From: Escherichia phage T7
Length of the DNA: 37,603 nucleotides
Sequence record: PV223881
Direction: 5' to 3' (one strand)
Shown here: piece after piece, positions 8,990 through 19,615 of the stretch
Layout of the letters: every line of letters begins with the position of its first letter
Position numbering within the stretch: the stretch's first letter is position 1
Translations under genes and position numbers: made by a program
The notes under the pieces: generated by a model
Told to the model about the DNA's origin: nothing
What the model saw: only the letters and a program-made list of their open reading frames with translations
Database searches by the model: none

Positions 8990-9012
8990 TAATTGAACTC
9001 ACTAAAGGGAGA
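8990..9012 (+). promoter_or_regulatory. T7 promoter phi3.8
   Basis: taattgaactcactaaagggaga. Confidence 0.75.
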
Positions 9013-9050
9013 CCACAGCGGTTTCCCTTTGTTCGCATTGGAGGTCAAAT
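9013..9050 (+). promoter_or_regulatory. RNase III site R3.8 (predicted from position)
   Basis: Leader ccacagcggtttccctttgttcgcattggaggtcaaataa; structure not computed. Confidence 0.35.
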
Positions 9051-9051
9051 A

Positions 9052-10801
<1,750 letters not shown>

Positions 10802-10869
10802 CAGGATTCTTGATAGTTGTTTCATATGAAGAGATTGTTAAGTCACGATAATCAATAGGAGAAATCAAT

Positions 10870-12984
10870 ATGATCGTTTCTGACATCGAAGCTAACGCCC
10901 TCTTAGAGAGCGTCACTAAGTTCCACTGCGGGGTTATCTACGACTACTCCACCGCTGAGTACGTAAGCTACCGTCCGAGTGACTTCGGTGCGTATCTGGA
11001 TGCGCTGGAAGCCGAGGTTGCACGAGGCGGTCTTATTGTGTTCCACAACGGTCACAAGTATGACGTTCCTGCATTGACCAAACTGGCAAAGTTGCAATTG
11101 AACCGAGAGTTCCACCTTCCTCGTGAGAACTGTATTGACACCCTTGTGTTGTCACGTTTGATTCATTCCAACCTCAAGGACACCGATATGGGTCTTCTGC
11201 GTTCCGGCAAGTTGCCCGGAAAACGCTTTGGGTCTCACGCTTTGGAGGCGTGGGGTTATCGCTTAGGCGAGATGAAGGGTGAATACAAAGACGACTTTAA
11301 GCGTATGCTTGAAGAGCAGGGTGAAGAATACGTTGACGGAATGGAGTGGTGGAACTTCAACGAAGAGATGATGGACTATAACGTTCAGGACGTTGTGGTA
11401 ACTAAAGCTCTCCTTGAGAAGCTACTCTCTGACAAACATTACTTCCCTCCTGAGATTAACTTTACGGACGTAGGATACACTACGTTCTGGTCAGAATCCC
11501 TTGAGGCCGTTGACATTGAACATCGTGCTGCATGGCTGCTCGCTAAACAAGAGCGCAACGGGTTCCCGTTTGACACAAAAGCAATCGAAGAGTTGTACGT
11601 AGAGTTAGCTGCTCGCCGCTCTGAGTTGCTCCGTAAATTGACCGAAACGTTCGGCTCGTGGTATCAGCCTAAAGGTGGCACTGAGATGTTCTGCCATCCG
11701 CGAACAGGTAAGCCACTACCTAAATACCCTCGCATTAAGACACCTAAAGTTGGTGGTATCTTTAAGAAGCCTAAGAACAAGGCACAGCGAGAAGGCCGTG
11801 AGCCTTGCGAACTTGATACCCGCGAGTACGTTGCTGGTGCTCCTTACACCCCAGTTGAACATGTTGTGTTTAACCCTTCGTCTCGTGACCACATTCAGAA
11901 GAAACTCCAAGAGGCTGGGTGGGTCCCGACCAAGTACACCGATAAGGGTGCTCCTGTGGTGGACGATGAGGTACTCGAAGGAGTACGTGTAGATGACCCT
12001 GAGAAGCAAGCCGCTATCGACCTCATTAAAGAGTACTTGATGATTCAGAAGCGAATCGGACAGTCTGCTGAGGGAGACAAAGCATGGCTTCGTTATGTTG
12101 CTGAGGATGGTAAGATTCATGGTTCTGTTAACCCTAATGGAGCAGTTACGGGTCGTGCGACCCATGCGTTCCCAAACCTTGCGCAAATTCCGGGTGTACG
12201 TTCTCCTTATGGAGAGCAGTGTCGCGCTGCTTTTGGCGCTGAGCACCATTTGGATGGGATAACTGGTAAGCCTTGGGTTCAGGCTGGCATCGACGCATCC
12301 GGTCTTGAGCTACGCTGCTTGGCTCACTTCATGGCTCGCTTTGATAACGGCGAGTACGCTCACGAGATTCTTAACGGCGACATCCACACTAAGAACCAGA
12401 TAGCTGCTGAACTACCTACCCGAGATAACGCTAAGACGTTCATCTATGGGTTCCTCTATGGTGCTGGTGATGAGAAGATTGGACAGATTGTTGGTGCTGG
12501 TAAAGAGCGCGGTAAGGAACTCAAGAAGAAATTCCTTGAGAACACCCCCGCGATTGCAGCACTCCGCGAGTCTATCCAACAGACACTTGTCGAGTCCTCT
12601 CAATGGGTAGCTGGTGAGCAACAAGTCAAGTGGAAACGCCGCTGGATTAAAGGTCTGGATGGTCGTAAGGTACACGTTCGTAGTCCTCACGCTGCCTTGA
12701 ATACCCTACTGCAATCTGCTGGTGCTCTCATCTGCAAACTGTGGATTATCAAGACCGAAGAGATGCTCGTAGAGAAAGGCTTGAAGCATGGCTGGGATGG
12801 GGACTTTGCGTACATGGCATGGGTACATGATGAAATCCAAGTAGGCTGCCGTACCGAAGAGATTGCTCAGGTGGTCATTGAGACCGCACAAGAAGCGATG
12901 CGCTGGGTTGGAGACCACTGGAACTTCCGGTGTCTTCTGGATACCGAAGGTAAGATGGGTCCTAATTGGGCGATTTGCCACTGA
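10870..12984 (+). CDS. 5: DNA polymerase gp5
   Basis: 704-aa [42 protein letters not shown]... Confidence 0.98.
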   Translation: MIVSDIEANALLESVTKFHCGVIYDYSTAEYVSYRPSDFGAYLDALEAEVARGGLIVFHNGHKYDVPALTKLAKLQLNREFHLPRENCIDTLVLSRLIHSNLKDTDMGLLRSGKLPGKRFGSHALEAWGYRLGEMKGEYKDDFKRMLEEQGEEYVDGMEWWNFNEEMMDYNVQDVVVTKALLEKLLSDKHYFPPEINFTDVGYTTFWSESLEAVDIEHRAAWLLAKQERNGFPFDTKAIEELYVELAARRSELLRKLTETFGSWYQPKGGTEMFCHPRTGKPLPKYPRIKTPKVGGIFKKPKNKAQREGREPCELDTREYVAGAPYTPVEHVVFNPSSRDHIQKKLQEAGWVPTKYTDKGAPVVDDEVLEGVRVDDPEKQAAIDLIKEYLMIQKRIGQSAEGDKAWLRYVAEDGKIHGSVNPNGAVTGRATHAFPNLAQIPGVRSPYGEQCRAAFGAEHHLDGITGKPWVQAGIDASGLELRCLAHFMARFDNGEYAHEILNGDIHTKNQIAAELPTRDNAKTFIYGFLYGAGDEKIGQIVGAGKERGKELKKKFLENTPAIAALRESIQQTLVESSQWVAGEQQVKWKRRWIKGLDGRKVHVRSPHAALNTLLQSAGALICKLWIIKTEEMLVEKGLKHGWDGDFAYMAWVHDEIQVGCRTEEIAQVVIETAQEAMRWVGDHWNFRCLLDTEGKMGPNWAICH

Positions 12985-13029
12985 TACAGGAGGCTACTCA
13001 AAAGGCATAAAACTATAGGAGAAATTATT

Positions 13030-13329
13030 ATGGCTATGACAAAGAAATTTAAAGTGTCCTTCGACGTTACCGCAAAGATGTCGTCTGACGTTCAGGCAAT
13101 CTTAGAGAAAGATATGCTGCATCTATGTAAGCAGGTCGGCTCAGGTGCGATTGTCCCCAATGGTAAACAGAAGGAAATGATTGTCCAGTTCCTGACACAC
13201 GGTATGGAAGGATTGATGACATTCGTAGTACGTACATCATTTCGTGAGGCCATTAAGGACATGCACGAAGAGTATGCAGATAAGGACTCTTTCAAACAAT
13301 CTCCTGCAACAGTACGGGAGGTGTTCTGA
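13030..13329 (+). CDS. 5.5: gp5.5 (H-NS binding protein)
   Basis: 99-aa ORF MAMTKKFKVSFDVTAKMSSDVQAILEKDML... Confidence 0.9.
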   Translation: MAMTKKFKVSFDVTAKMSSDVQAILEKDMLHLCKQVGSGAIVPNGKQKEMIVQFLTHGMEGLMTFVVRTSFREAIKDMHEEYADKDSFKQSPATVREVF

Positions 13330-13538
13330 TGTCTGACTACCTGAAAGTGCTGCAAGCAATCAAAAGTTGCCCTAAGACTTTCCAGTCCAACTATGTACGG
13401 AACAATGCGAGCCTCGTAGCGGAGGCCGCTTCCCGTGGTCACATCTCGTGCCTGACTACTAGTGGACGTAACGGTGGCGCTTGGGAAATCACTGCTTCCG
13501 GTACTCGCTTTCTGAAACGAATGGGAGGATGTGTCTAA
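13329..13538 (+). CDS. 5.7: gp5.7
   Basis: 69-aa ORF MSDYLKVLQAIKSCPKTFQSNYVRNN...; start overlaps 5.5 stop. Confidence 0.88.
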   Translation: MSDYLKVLQAIKSCPKTFQSNYVRNNASLVAEAASRGHISCLTTSGRNGGAWEITASGTRFLKRMGGCV

Positions 13539-13696
13539 TGTCTCGTGACCTTGTGACTATTCCACGCGATGTGTGGAACGATATACAGGGCTACATCGAC
13601 TCTCTGGAACGTGAGAACGATAGCCTTAAGAATCAACTAATGGAAGCTGACGAATACGTAGCGGAACTAGAGGAGAAACTTAATGGCACTTCTTGA
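13538..13696 (+). CDS. 5.9: gp5.9 (RecBCD inhibitor)
   Basis: ATG at 13538 overlapping 5.7 stop; MSRDLVTIPRDVWNDIQGYIDSLERENDSLKNQLMEADEYVAELEEKLNGTS. Confidence 0.85.
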   Translation: MSRDLVTIPRDVWNDIQGYIDSLERENDSLKNQLMEADEYVAELEEKLNGTS

Positions 13697-14585
13697 CCTT
13701 AAACAATTCTATGAGTTACGTGAAGGCTGCGACGACAAGGGTATCCTTGTGATGGACGGCGACTGGCTGGTCTTCCAAGCTATGAGTGCTGCTGAGTTTG
13801 ATGCCTCTTGGGAGGAAGAGATTTGGCACCGATGCTGTGACCACGCTAAGGCCCGTCAGATTCTTGAGGATTCCATTAAGTCCTACGAGACCCGTAAGAA
13901 GGCTTGGGCAGGTGCTCCAATTGTCCTTGCGTTCACCGATAGTGTTAACTGGCGTAAAGAACTGGTTGACCCGAACTATAAGGCTAACCGTAAGGCCGTG
14001 AAGAAACCTGTAGGGTACTTTGAGTTCCTTGATGCTCTCTTTGAGCGCGAAGAGTTCTATTGCATCCGTGAGCCTATGCTTGAGGGTGATGACGTTATGG
14101 GAGTTATTGCTTCCAATCCGTCTGCCTTCGGTGCTCGTAAGGCTGTAATCATCTCTTGCGATAAGGACTTTAAGACCATCCCTAACTGTGACTTCCTGTG
14201 GTGTACCACTGGTAACATCCTGACTCAGACCGAAGAGTCCGCTGACTGGTGGCACCTCTTCCAGACCATCAAGGGTGACATCACTGATGGTTACTCAGGG
14301 ATTGCTGGATGGGGTGATACCGCCGAGGACTTCTTGAATAACCCGTTCATAACCGAGCCTAAAACGTCTGTGCTTAAGTCCGGTAAGAACAAAGGCCAAG
14401 AGGTTACTAAATGGGTTAAACGCGACCCTGAGCCTCATGAGACGCTTTGGGACTGCATTAAGTCCATTGGCGCGAAGGCTGGTATGACCGAAGAGGATAT
14501 TATCAAGCAGGGCCAAATGGCTCGAATCCTACGGTTCAACGAGTACAACTTTATTGACAAGGAGATTTACCTGTGGAGACCGTAG
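13683..14585 (+). CDS. 6: 5'-3' exonuclease gp6
   Basis: 300-aa ORF MALLDLKQFYELREGCDDKGILVMDGDWLVFQAM... Confidence 0.97.
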   Translation: MALLDLKQFYELREGCDDKGILVMDGDWLVFQAMSAAEFDASWEEEIWHRCCDHAKARQILEDSIKSYETRKKAWAGAPIVLAFTDSVNWRKELVDPNYKANRKAVKKPVGYFEFLDALFEREEFYCIREPMLEGDDVMGVIASNPSAFGARKAVIISCDKDFKTIPNCDFLWCTTGNILTQTEESADWWHLFQTIKGDITDGYSGIAGWGDTAEDFLNNPFITEPKTSVLKSGKNKGQEVTKWVKRDPEPHETLWDCIKSIGAKAGMTEEDIIKQGQMARILRFNEYNFIDKEIYLWRP

Positions 14586-14686
14586 CGTATATTGGTCTGG
14601 GTCTTTGTGTTCTCGGAGTGTGCCTCATTTCGTGGGGCCTTTGGGACTTAGCCAGAATAATCAAGTCGTTACACGACACTAAGTGA
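14573..14686 (+). CDS. 6.3: gp6.3 (37 aa, GTG start)
   Basis: GTG at 14573 in frame to TGA at 14684-14686; ...AYIGLGLCVLGVCLISWGLWDLARIIKSLHDTK. Confidence 0.6.
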   Translation: METVAYIGLGLCVLGVCLISWGLWDLARIIKSLHDTK

Positions 14687-14706
14687 TAAACTCAAGGTCC
14701 CTAAAT

Positions 14707-14729
14707 TAATACGACTCACTATAGGGAGA
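14707..14729 (+). promoter_or_regulatory. T7 class III promoter phi6.5
   Basis: taatacgactcactatagggaga (exact consensus). Confidence 0.9.
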
Positions 14730-14780
14730 TAGGGGCCTTTACGATTATTACTTTAAGATTTAACTCTAAGAGGAATCTTT
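14730..14780 (+). promoter_or_regulatory. RNase III site R6.5 (predicted from position)
   Basis: Leader after phi6.5; structure not computed. Confidence 0.35.
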
Positions 14781-14783
14781 ATT

Positions 14784-15038
14784 ATGTTAACACCTATTAA
14801 CCAATTACTTAAGAACCCTAACGATATTCCAGATGTACCTCGTGCAACCGCTGAGTATCTACAGGTTCGATTCAACTATGCGTACCTCGAAGCGTCTGGT
14901 CATATAGGACTTATGCGTGCTAATGGTTGTAGTGAGGCCCACATCTTGGGTTTCATTCAGGGCCTACAGTATGCCTCTAACGTCATTGACGAGATTGAGT
15001 TACGCAAGGAACAACTAAGAGATGATGGGGAGGATTGA
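14784..15038 (+). CDS. 6.5: gp6.5
   Basis: 84-aa [33 protein letters not shown]... Confidence 0.88.
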
Positions 15039-15042
15039 CACT

Positions 15043-15309
15043 ATGTGTTTCTCACCGAAAATTAAAACTCCGAAGATGGATACCAATCAGATTCGAGCCG
15101 TTGAGCCAGCGCCTCTGACCCAAGAAGTGTCAAGCGTGGAGTTCGGTGGGTCTTCTGATGAGACGGATACCGAGGGCACCGAAGTGTCTGGACGCAAAGG
15201 CCTCAAGGTCGAACGTGATGATTCCGTAGCGAAGTCTAAAGCCAGCGGCAATGGCTCCGCTCGTATGAAATCTTCCATCCGTAAGTCCGCATTTGGAGGT
15301 AAGAAGTGA
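15043..15309 (+). CDS. 6.7: gp6.7 (virion protein)
   Basis: ATG 15043, MCFSPKIKTPKMDTNQIRAVEPAP... 88 aa. Confidence 0.85.
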   Translation: MCFSPKIKTPKMDTNQIRAVEPAPLTQEVSSVEFGGSSDETDTEGTEVSGRKGLKVERDDSVAKSKASGNGSARMKSSIRKSAFGGKK

Positions 15310-15710
15310 TGTCTGAGTTCACATGTGTGGAGGCTAAGAGTCGCTTCCGTGCAATCCGGTGGACTGTGGAACACCTTGGGTTGCCTAAAGGATTCGAAGG
15401 ACACTTTGTGGGCTACAGCCTCTACGTAGACGAAGTGATGGACATGTCTGGTTGCCGTGAAGAGTACATTCTGGACTCTACCGGAAAACATGTAGCGTAC
15501 TTCGCGTGGTGCGTAAGCTGTGACATTCACCACAAAGGAGACATTCTGGATGTAACGTCCGTTGTCATTAATCCTGAGGCAGACTCTAAGGGCTTACAGC
15601 GATTCCTAGCGAAACGCTTTAAGTACCTTGCGGAACTCCACGATTGCGATTGGGTGTCTCGTTGTAAGCATGAAGGCGAGACAATGCGTGTATACTTTAA
15701 GGAGGTATAA
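15309..15710 (+). CDS. 7: gp7 (host-range / virion assembly protein)
   Basis: ATG 15309 overlapping 6.7 stop; MSEFTCVEAKSRFRAIRWTVEHLGLPKGF... 133 aa. Confidence 0.85.
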   Translation: MSEFTCVEAKSRFRAIRWTVEHLGLPKGFEGHFVGYSLYVDEVMDMSGCREEYILDSTGKHVAYFAWCVSCDIHHKGDILDVTSVVINPEADSKGLQRFLAKRFKYLAELHDCDWVSRCKHEGETMRVYFKEV

Positions 15711-15713
15711 GTT

Positions 15714-16013
15714 ATGGGTAAGAAAGTTAAGAAGGCCGTGAAGAAAGTCACCAAGTCCGTTAAGAAAGTCGTTAAGGAAGGGGCTCGTCCGGTTAAACAG
15801 GTTGCTGGCGGTCTAGCTGGTCTGGCTGGTGGTACTGGTGAAGCACAGATGGTGGAAGCACCACAAGCTGCCGCACAGATTGTTGACGTACCTGAGAAAG
15901 AGGTTTCCACTGAGGACGAAGCACAGACAGAAAGCGGACGCAAGAAAGCTCGTGCTGGCGGTAAGAAATCCTTGAGTGTAGCCCGTAGCTCCGGTGGCGG
16001 TATCAACATTTAA
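15714..16013 (+). CDS. 7.3: gp7.3 (virion/tail-associated protein)
   Basis: 99-aa lysine-rich ORF MGKKVKKAVKKVTKSVKKVVKEG... Confidence 0.88.
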   Translation: MGKKVKKAVKKVTKSVKKVVKEGARPVKQVAGGLAGLAGGTGEAQMVEAPQAAAQIVDVPEKEVSTEDEAQTESGRKKARAGGKKSLSVARSSGGGINI

Positions 16014-16026
16014 TCAGGAGGTTATC

Positions 16027-16290
16027 GTGGAAGACTGCATTGAATGGACCGGAGGTGTCAACTCTAAGGGTTATGGTCGTAAGTGGGTTAATGGTAAACT
16101 TGTGACTCCACATAGGCACATCTATGAGGAGACATATGGTCCAGTTCCAACAGGAATTGTGGTGATGCATATCTGCGATAACCCTAGGTGCTATAACATA
16201 AAGCACCTTACGCTTGGAACTCCAAAGGATAATTCCGAGGACATGGTTACCAAAGGTAGACAGGCTAAAGGAGAGGAACTAAGCAAGTAA
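16027..16290 (+). pseudogene. 7.7: Gene 7.7 (HNH endonuclease-like) truncated after codon 87 by the inserted cassette
   Basis: GTG 16027 (ggagg SD); VEDCIEWTGGVNSKGYGRKWVNGKLV...GEELSK then TAA supplied by the inserted promoter's TAATACGACTC. Confidence 0.75.
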
Positions 16291-16310
16291 TACGACTCAC
16301 TATAGGCCTC
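16288..16310 (+). promoter_or_regulatory. Inserted consensus T7 promoter (pET-type, no lac operator)
   Basis: taatacgactcactatagg directly followed by cctctagaaataattttg; not at any native T7 promoter position. Confidence 0.9.
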
Positions 16311-16350
16311 TAGAAATAATTTTGTTTAACTTTAAGAAGGAGATATACAT
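16309..16350 (+). promoter_or_regulatory. Synthetic 5' leader: XbaI site plus gene-10 (pET) RBS
   Basis: tctagaaataattttgtttaactttaagaaggagatatacat, then NdeI catatg at the start codon. Confidence 0.9.
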
Positions 16351-17874
16351 ATGGGCAGCAGCCATCATCATCATCATCACAGCAGCGGCGCTAAGACTCA
16401 AGCAGAAATAAATAAACGTTTAGACGCTTATGCAAAAGGTACAGTAGACAGTCCTTATAGAATTAAAAAAGCTACAAGCTATGACCCATCGTTTGGTGTA
16501 ATGGAAGCAGGAGCAATTGACGCAGATGGTTACTATCATGCACAGTGCCAAGACTTAATTACTGATTATGTATTATGGTTAACAGATAATAAAGTTAGAA
16601 CTTGGGGTAATGCTAAAGACCAAATCAAACAAAGTTATGGTACTGGATTTAAAATACATGAAAATAAACCTTCTACAGTACCTAAAAAAGGATGGATTGC
16701 TGTATTTACATCCGGTAGTTATCAGCAATGGGGTCACATAGGTATTGTATATGATGGAGGTAATACTTCTACATTTACTATTTTAGAGCAAAACTGGAAC
16801 GGTTACGCTAATAAAAAACCTACAAAACGTGTAGATAATTATTACGGATTAACTCATTTTATTGAGATACCTGTAAAAGCAGGAACTACTGTTAAAAAAG
16901 AAACAGCTAAGAAAAGTGCAAGTAAAACACCTGCACCTAAAAAGAAAGCAACACTAAAAGTTTCTAAGAACCATATTAACTATACAATGGATAAACGTGG
17001 TAAGAAACCTGAAGGAATGGTAATACACAACGATGCAGGTCGTTCTTCAGGGCAACAATACGAGAATTCATTAGCTAACGCAGGTTATGCTAGATATGCT
17101 AATGGTATTGCTCATTACTATGGCTCTGAAGGTTATGTATGGGAAGCAATAGATGCTAAGAATCAAATTGCTTGGCACACAGGAGATGGAACAGGAGCAA
17201 ACTCAGGTAACTTTAGATTTGCAGGTATTGAAGTCTGTCAATCAATGAGTGCTAGTGATGCTCAATTCCTTAAAAACGAACAAGCAGTATTCCAATTTAC
17301 TGCAGAGAAATTTAAAGAATGGGGTCTTACTCCTAATCGTAAAACTGTAAGATTGCATATGGAATTTGTTCCAACAGCTTGTCCTCATCGTTCTATGGTT
17401 CTTCATACAGGATTTAATCCAGTAACACAAGGAAGACCATCTCAAGCAATAATGAATAAACTAAAAGATTATTTCATTAAACAAATTAAAAACTACATGG
17501 ATAAAGGAACTTCAAGTTCTACAGTAGTTAAAGACGGTAAAACAAGTAGCGCAAGTACACCGGCAACTAGACCAGTAACAGGCTCTTGGAAAAAGAACCA
17601 GTACGGAACTTGGTACAAACCGGAAAATGCAACATTTGTTAATGGTAACCAACCTATAGTAACTAGAATAGGTTCTCCATTCTTAAATGCTCCAGTAGGA
17701 GGTAACTTACCGGCAGGAGCTACAATTGTATATGACGAAGTTTGTATCCAAGCAGGTCACATTTGGATAGGTTACAATGCTTACAATGGTGACAGAGTAT
17801 ATTGCCCTGTTAGAACTTGTCAAGGAGTTCCACCTAATCATATACCTGGGGTTGCCTGGGGAGTATTCAAATAG
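16351..17874 (+). CDS. lysK: Heterologous His6-tagged staphylococcal phage endolysin (LysK family: CHAP peptidase, amidase_2, SH3b cell-wall binding)
   Basis: [13 protein letters not shown] tag then [24 protein letters not shown]...YHAQCQDL (CHAP Cys) ...[15 protein letters not shown]; AT-rich codon usage unlike the T7 backbone. Confidence 0.9.
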
Positions 17875-17906
17875 TACTACAGCGTAAGACATGGAGACAC
17901 ATTTAA
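17875..17906 (+). other. Retained 3' end of gene 7.7 carrying the gene 8 RBS and overlapping stop/start (TAATG)
   Basis: tactacagcgtaagacatggagacacatttaATG immediately before gene 8, as in T7. Confidence 0.6.
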
Positions 17907-19516
17907 TGGCTGAGAAACGAACAGGACTTGCGGAGGATGGCGCAAAGTCTGTCTATGAGCGTTTAAAGAACGACCGTGCTCCCTATGAGACACGCGCTCA
18001 GAATTGCGCTCAATATACCATCCCATCATTGTTCCCTAAGGACTCCGATAACGCCTCTACAGATTATCAAACTCCGTGGCAAGCCGTGGGCGCTCGTGGT
18101 CTGAACAATCTAGCCTCTAAGCTCATGCTGGCTCTATTCCCTATGCAGACTTGGATGCGACTTACTATATCTGAATATGAAGCAAAGCAGTTACTGAGCG
18201 ACCCCGATGGACTCGCTAAGGTCGATGAGGGCCTCTCGATGGTAGAGCGTATCATCATGAACTACATTGAGTCTAACAGTTACCGCGTGACTCTCTTTGA
18301 GGCTCTCAAACAGTTAGTCGTAGCTGGTAACGTCCTGCTGTACCTACCGGAACCGGAAGGGTCAAACTATAATCCCATGAAGCTGTACCGATTGTCTTCT
18401 TATGTGGTCCAACGAGACGCATTCGGCAACGTTCTGCAAATGGTGACTCGTGACCAGATAGCTTTTGGTGCTCTCCCTGAGGACATCCGTAAGGCTGTAG
18501 AAGGTCAAGGTGGTGAGAAGAAAGCTGATGAGACAATCGACGTGTACACTCACATCTATCTGGATGAGGACTCAGGTGAATACCTCCGATACGAAGAGGT
18601 CGAGGGTATGGAAGTCCAAGGCTCCGATGGGACTTATCCTAAAGAGGCTTGCCCATACATCCCGATTCGGATGGTCAGACTAGATGGTGAATCCTACGGT
18701 CGTTCGTACATTGAGGAATACTTAGGTGACTTACGGTCCCTTGAAAATCTCCAAGAGGCTATCGTCAAGATGTCCATGATTAGCTCTAAGGTTATCGGCT
18801 TAGTGAATCCTGCTGGTATCACCCAGCCACGCCGACTGACCAAAGCTCAGACTGGTGACTTCGTTACTGGTCGTCCAGAAGACATCTCGTTCCTCCAACT
18901 GGAGAAGCAAGCAGACTTTACTGTAGCTAAAGCCGTAAGTGACGCTATCGAGGCTCGCCTTTCGTTTGCCTTTATGTTGAACTCTGCGGTTCAGCGTACA
19001 GGTGAACGTGTGACCGCCGAAGAGATTCGGTATGTAGCTTCTGAACTTGAAGATACTTTAGGTGGTGTCTACTCTATCCTTTCTCAAGAATTACAATTGC
19101 CTCTGGTACGAGTGCTCTTGAAGCAACTACAAGCCACGCAACAGATTCCTGAGTTACCTAAGGAAGCCGTAGAGCCAACCATTAGTACAGGTCTGGAAGC
19201 AATTGGTCGAGGACAAGACCTTGATAAGCTGGAGCGGTGTGTCACTGCGTGGGCTGCACTGGCACCTATGCGGGACGACCCTGATATTAACCTTGCGATG
19301 ATTAAGTTACGTATTGCCAACGCTATCGGTATTGACACTTCTGGTATTCTACTCACCGAAGAACAGAAGCAACAGAAGATGGCCCAACAGTCTATGCAAA
19401 TGGGTATGGATAATGGTGCTGCTGCGCTGGCTCAAGGTATGGCTGCACAAGCTACAGCTTCACCTGAGGCTATGGCTGCTGCCGCTGATTCCGTAGGTTT
19501 ACAGCCGGGAATTTAA
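17906..19516 (+). CDS. 8: Head-to-tail connector (portal) protein gp8
   Basis: MAEKRTGLAEDGAKSVYERLKNDRAPYETRAQNCAQYTIPSLFP... 536 aa. Confidence 0.97.
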   Translation: MAEKRTGLAEDGAKSVYERLKNDRAPYETRAQNCAQYTIPSLFPKDSDNASTDYQTPWQAVGARGLNNLASKLMLALFPMQTWMRLTISEYEAKQLLSDPDGLAKVDEGLSMVERIIMNYIESNSYRVTLFEALKQLVVAGNVLLYLPEPEGSNYNPMKLYRLSSYVVQRDAFGNVLQMVTRDQIAFGALPEDIRKAVEGQGGEKKADETIDVYTHIYLDEDSGEYLRYEEVEGMEVQGSDGTYPKEACPYIPIRMVRLDGESYGRSYIEEYLGDLRSLENLQEAIVKMSMISSKVIGLVNPAGITQPRRLTKAQTGDFVTGRPEDISFLQLEKQADFTVAKAVSDAIEARLSFAFMLNSAVQRTGERVTAEEIRYVASELEDTLGGVYSILSQELQLPLVRVLLKQLQATQQIPELPKEAVEPTISTGLEAIGRGQDLDKLERCVTAWAALAPMRDDPDINLAMIKLRIANAIGIDTSGILLTEEQKQQKMAQQSMQMGMDNGAAALAQGMAAQATASPEAMAAAADSVGLQPGI

Positions 19517-19536
19517 TACGACTCACTATAGGGAGA
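19514..19536 (+). promoter_or_regulatory. T7 class III promoter phi9
   Basis: taatacgactcactatagggaga. Confidence 0.9.
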
Positions 19537-19615
19537 CCTCATCTTTGAAATGAGCGATGACAAGAGGTTGGAGTCCTCGGTCTTCCTGTAGTTCAACTTT
19601 AAGGAGACAATAATA

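Noticed and set aside
10826-10858. 10-codon ORF (MKRLLSHDNQ) in the gene 4 to gene 5 junction as a possible new micro-gene
   Set aside because: Most likely residual sequence from a deleted gene (likely 4.7) ahead of the gene 5 RBS; no independent support
16351-16389. Histidine run as a possible natural His-rich metal-binding motif
   Set aside because: The exact [13 protein letters not shown] sequence follows a pET leader and precedes a foreign gene; it is a cloning-vector affinity tag
16288-17874. Whether the inserted lysin could be a naturally acquired gene or a novel lysis module
   Set aside because: Flanking vector-derived leader, His tag and restriction sites mark it as synthetic; T7's own lysis genes (3.5, 17.5, 18.5/18.7) are intact elsewhere
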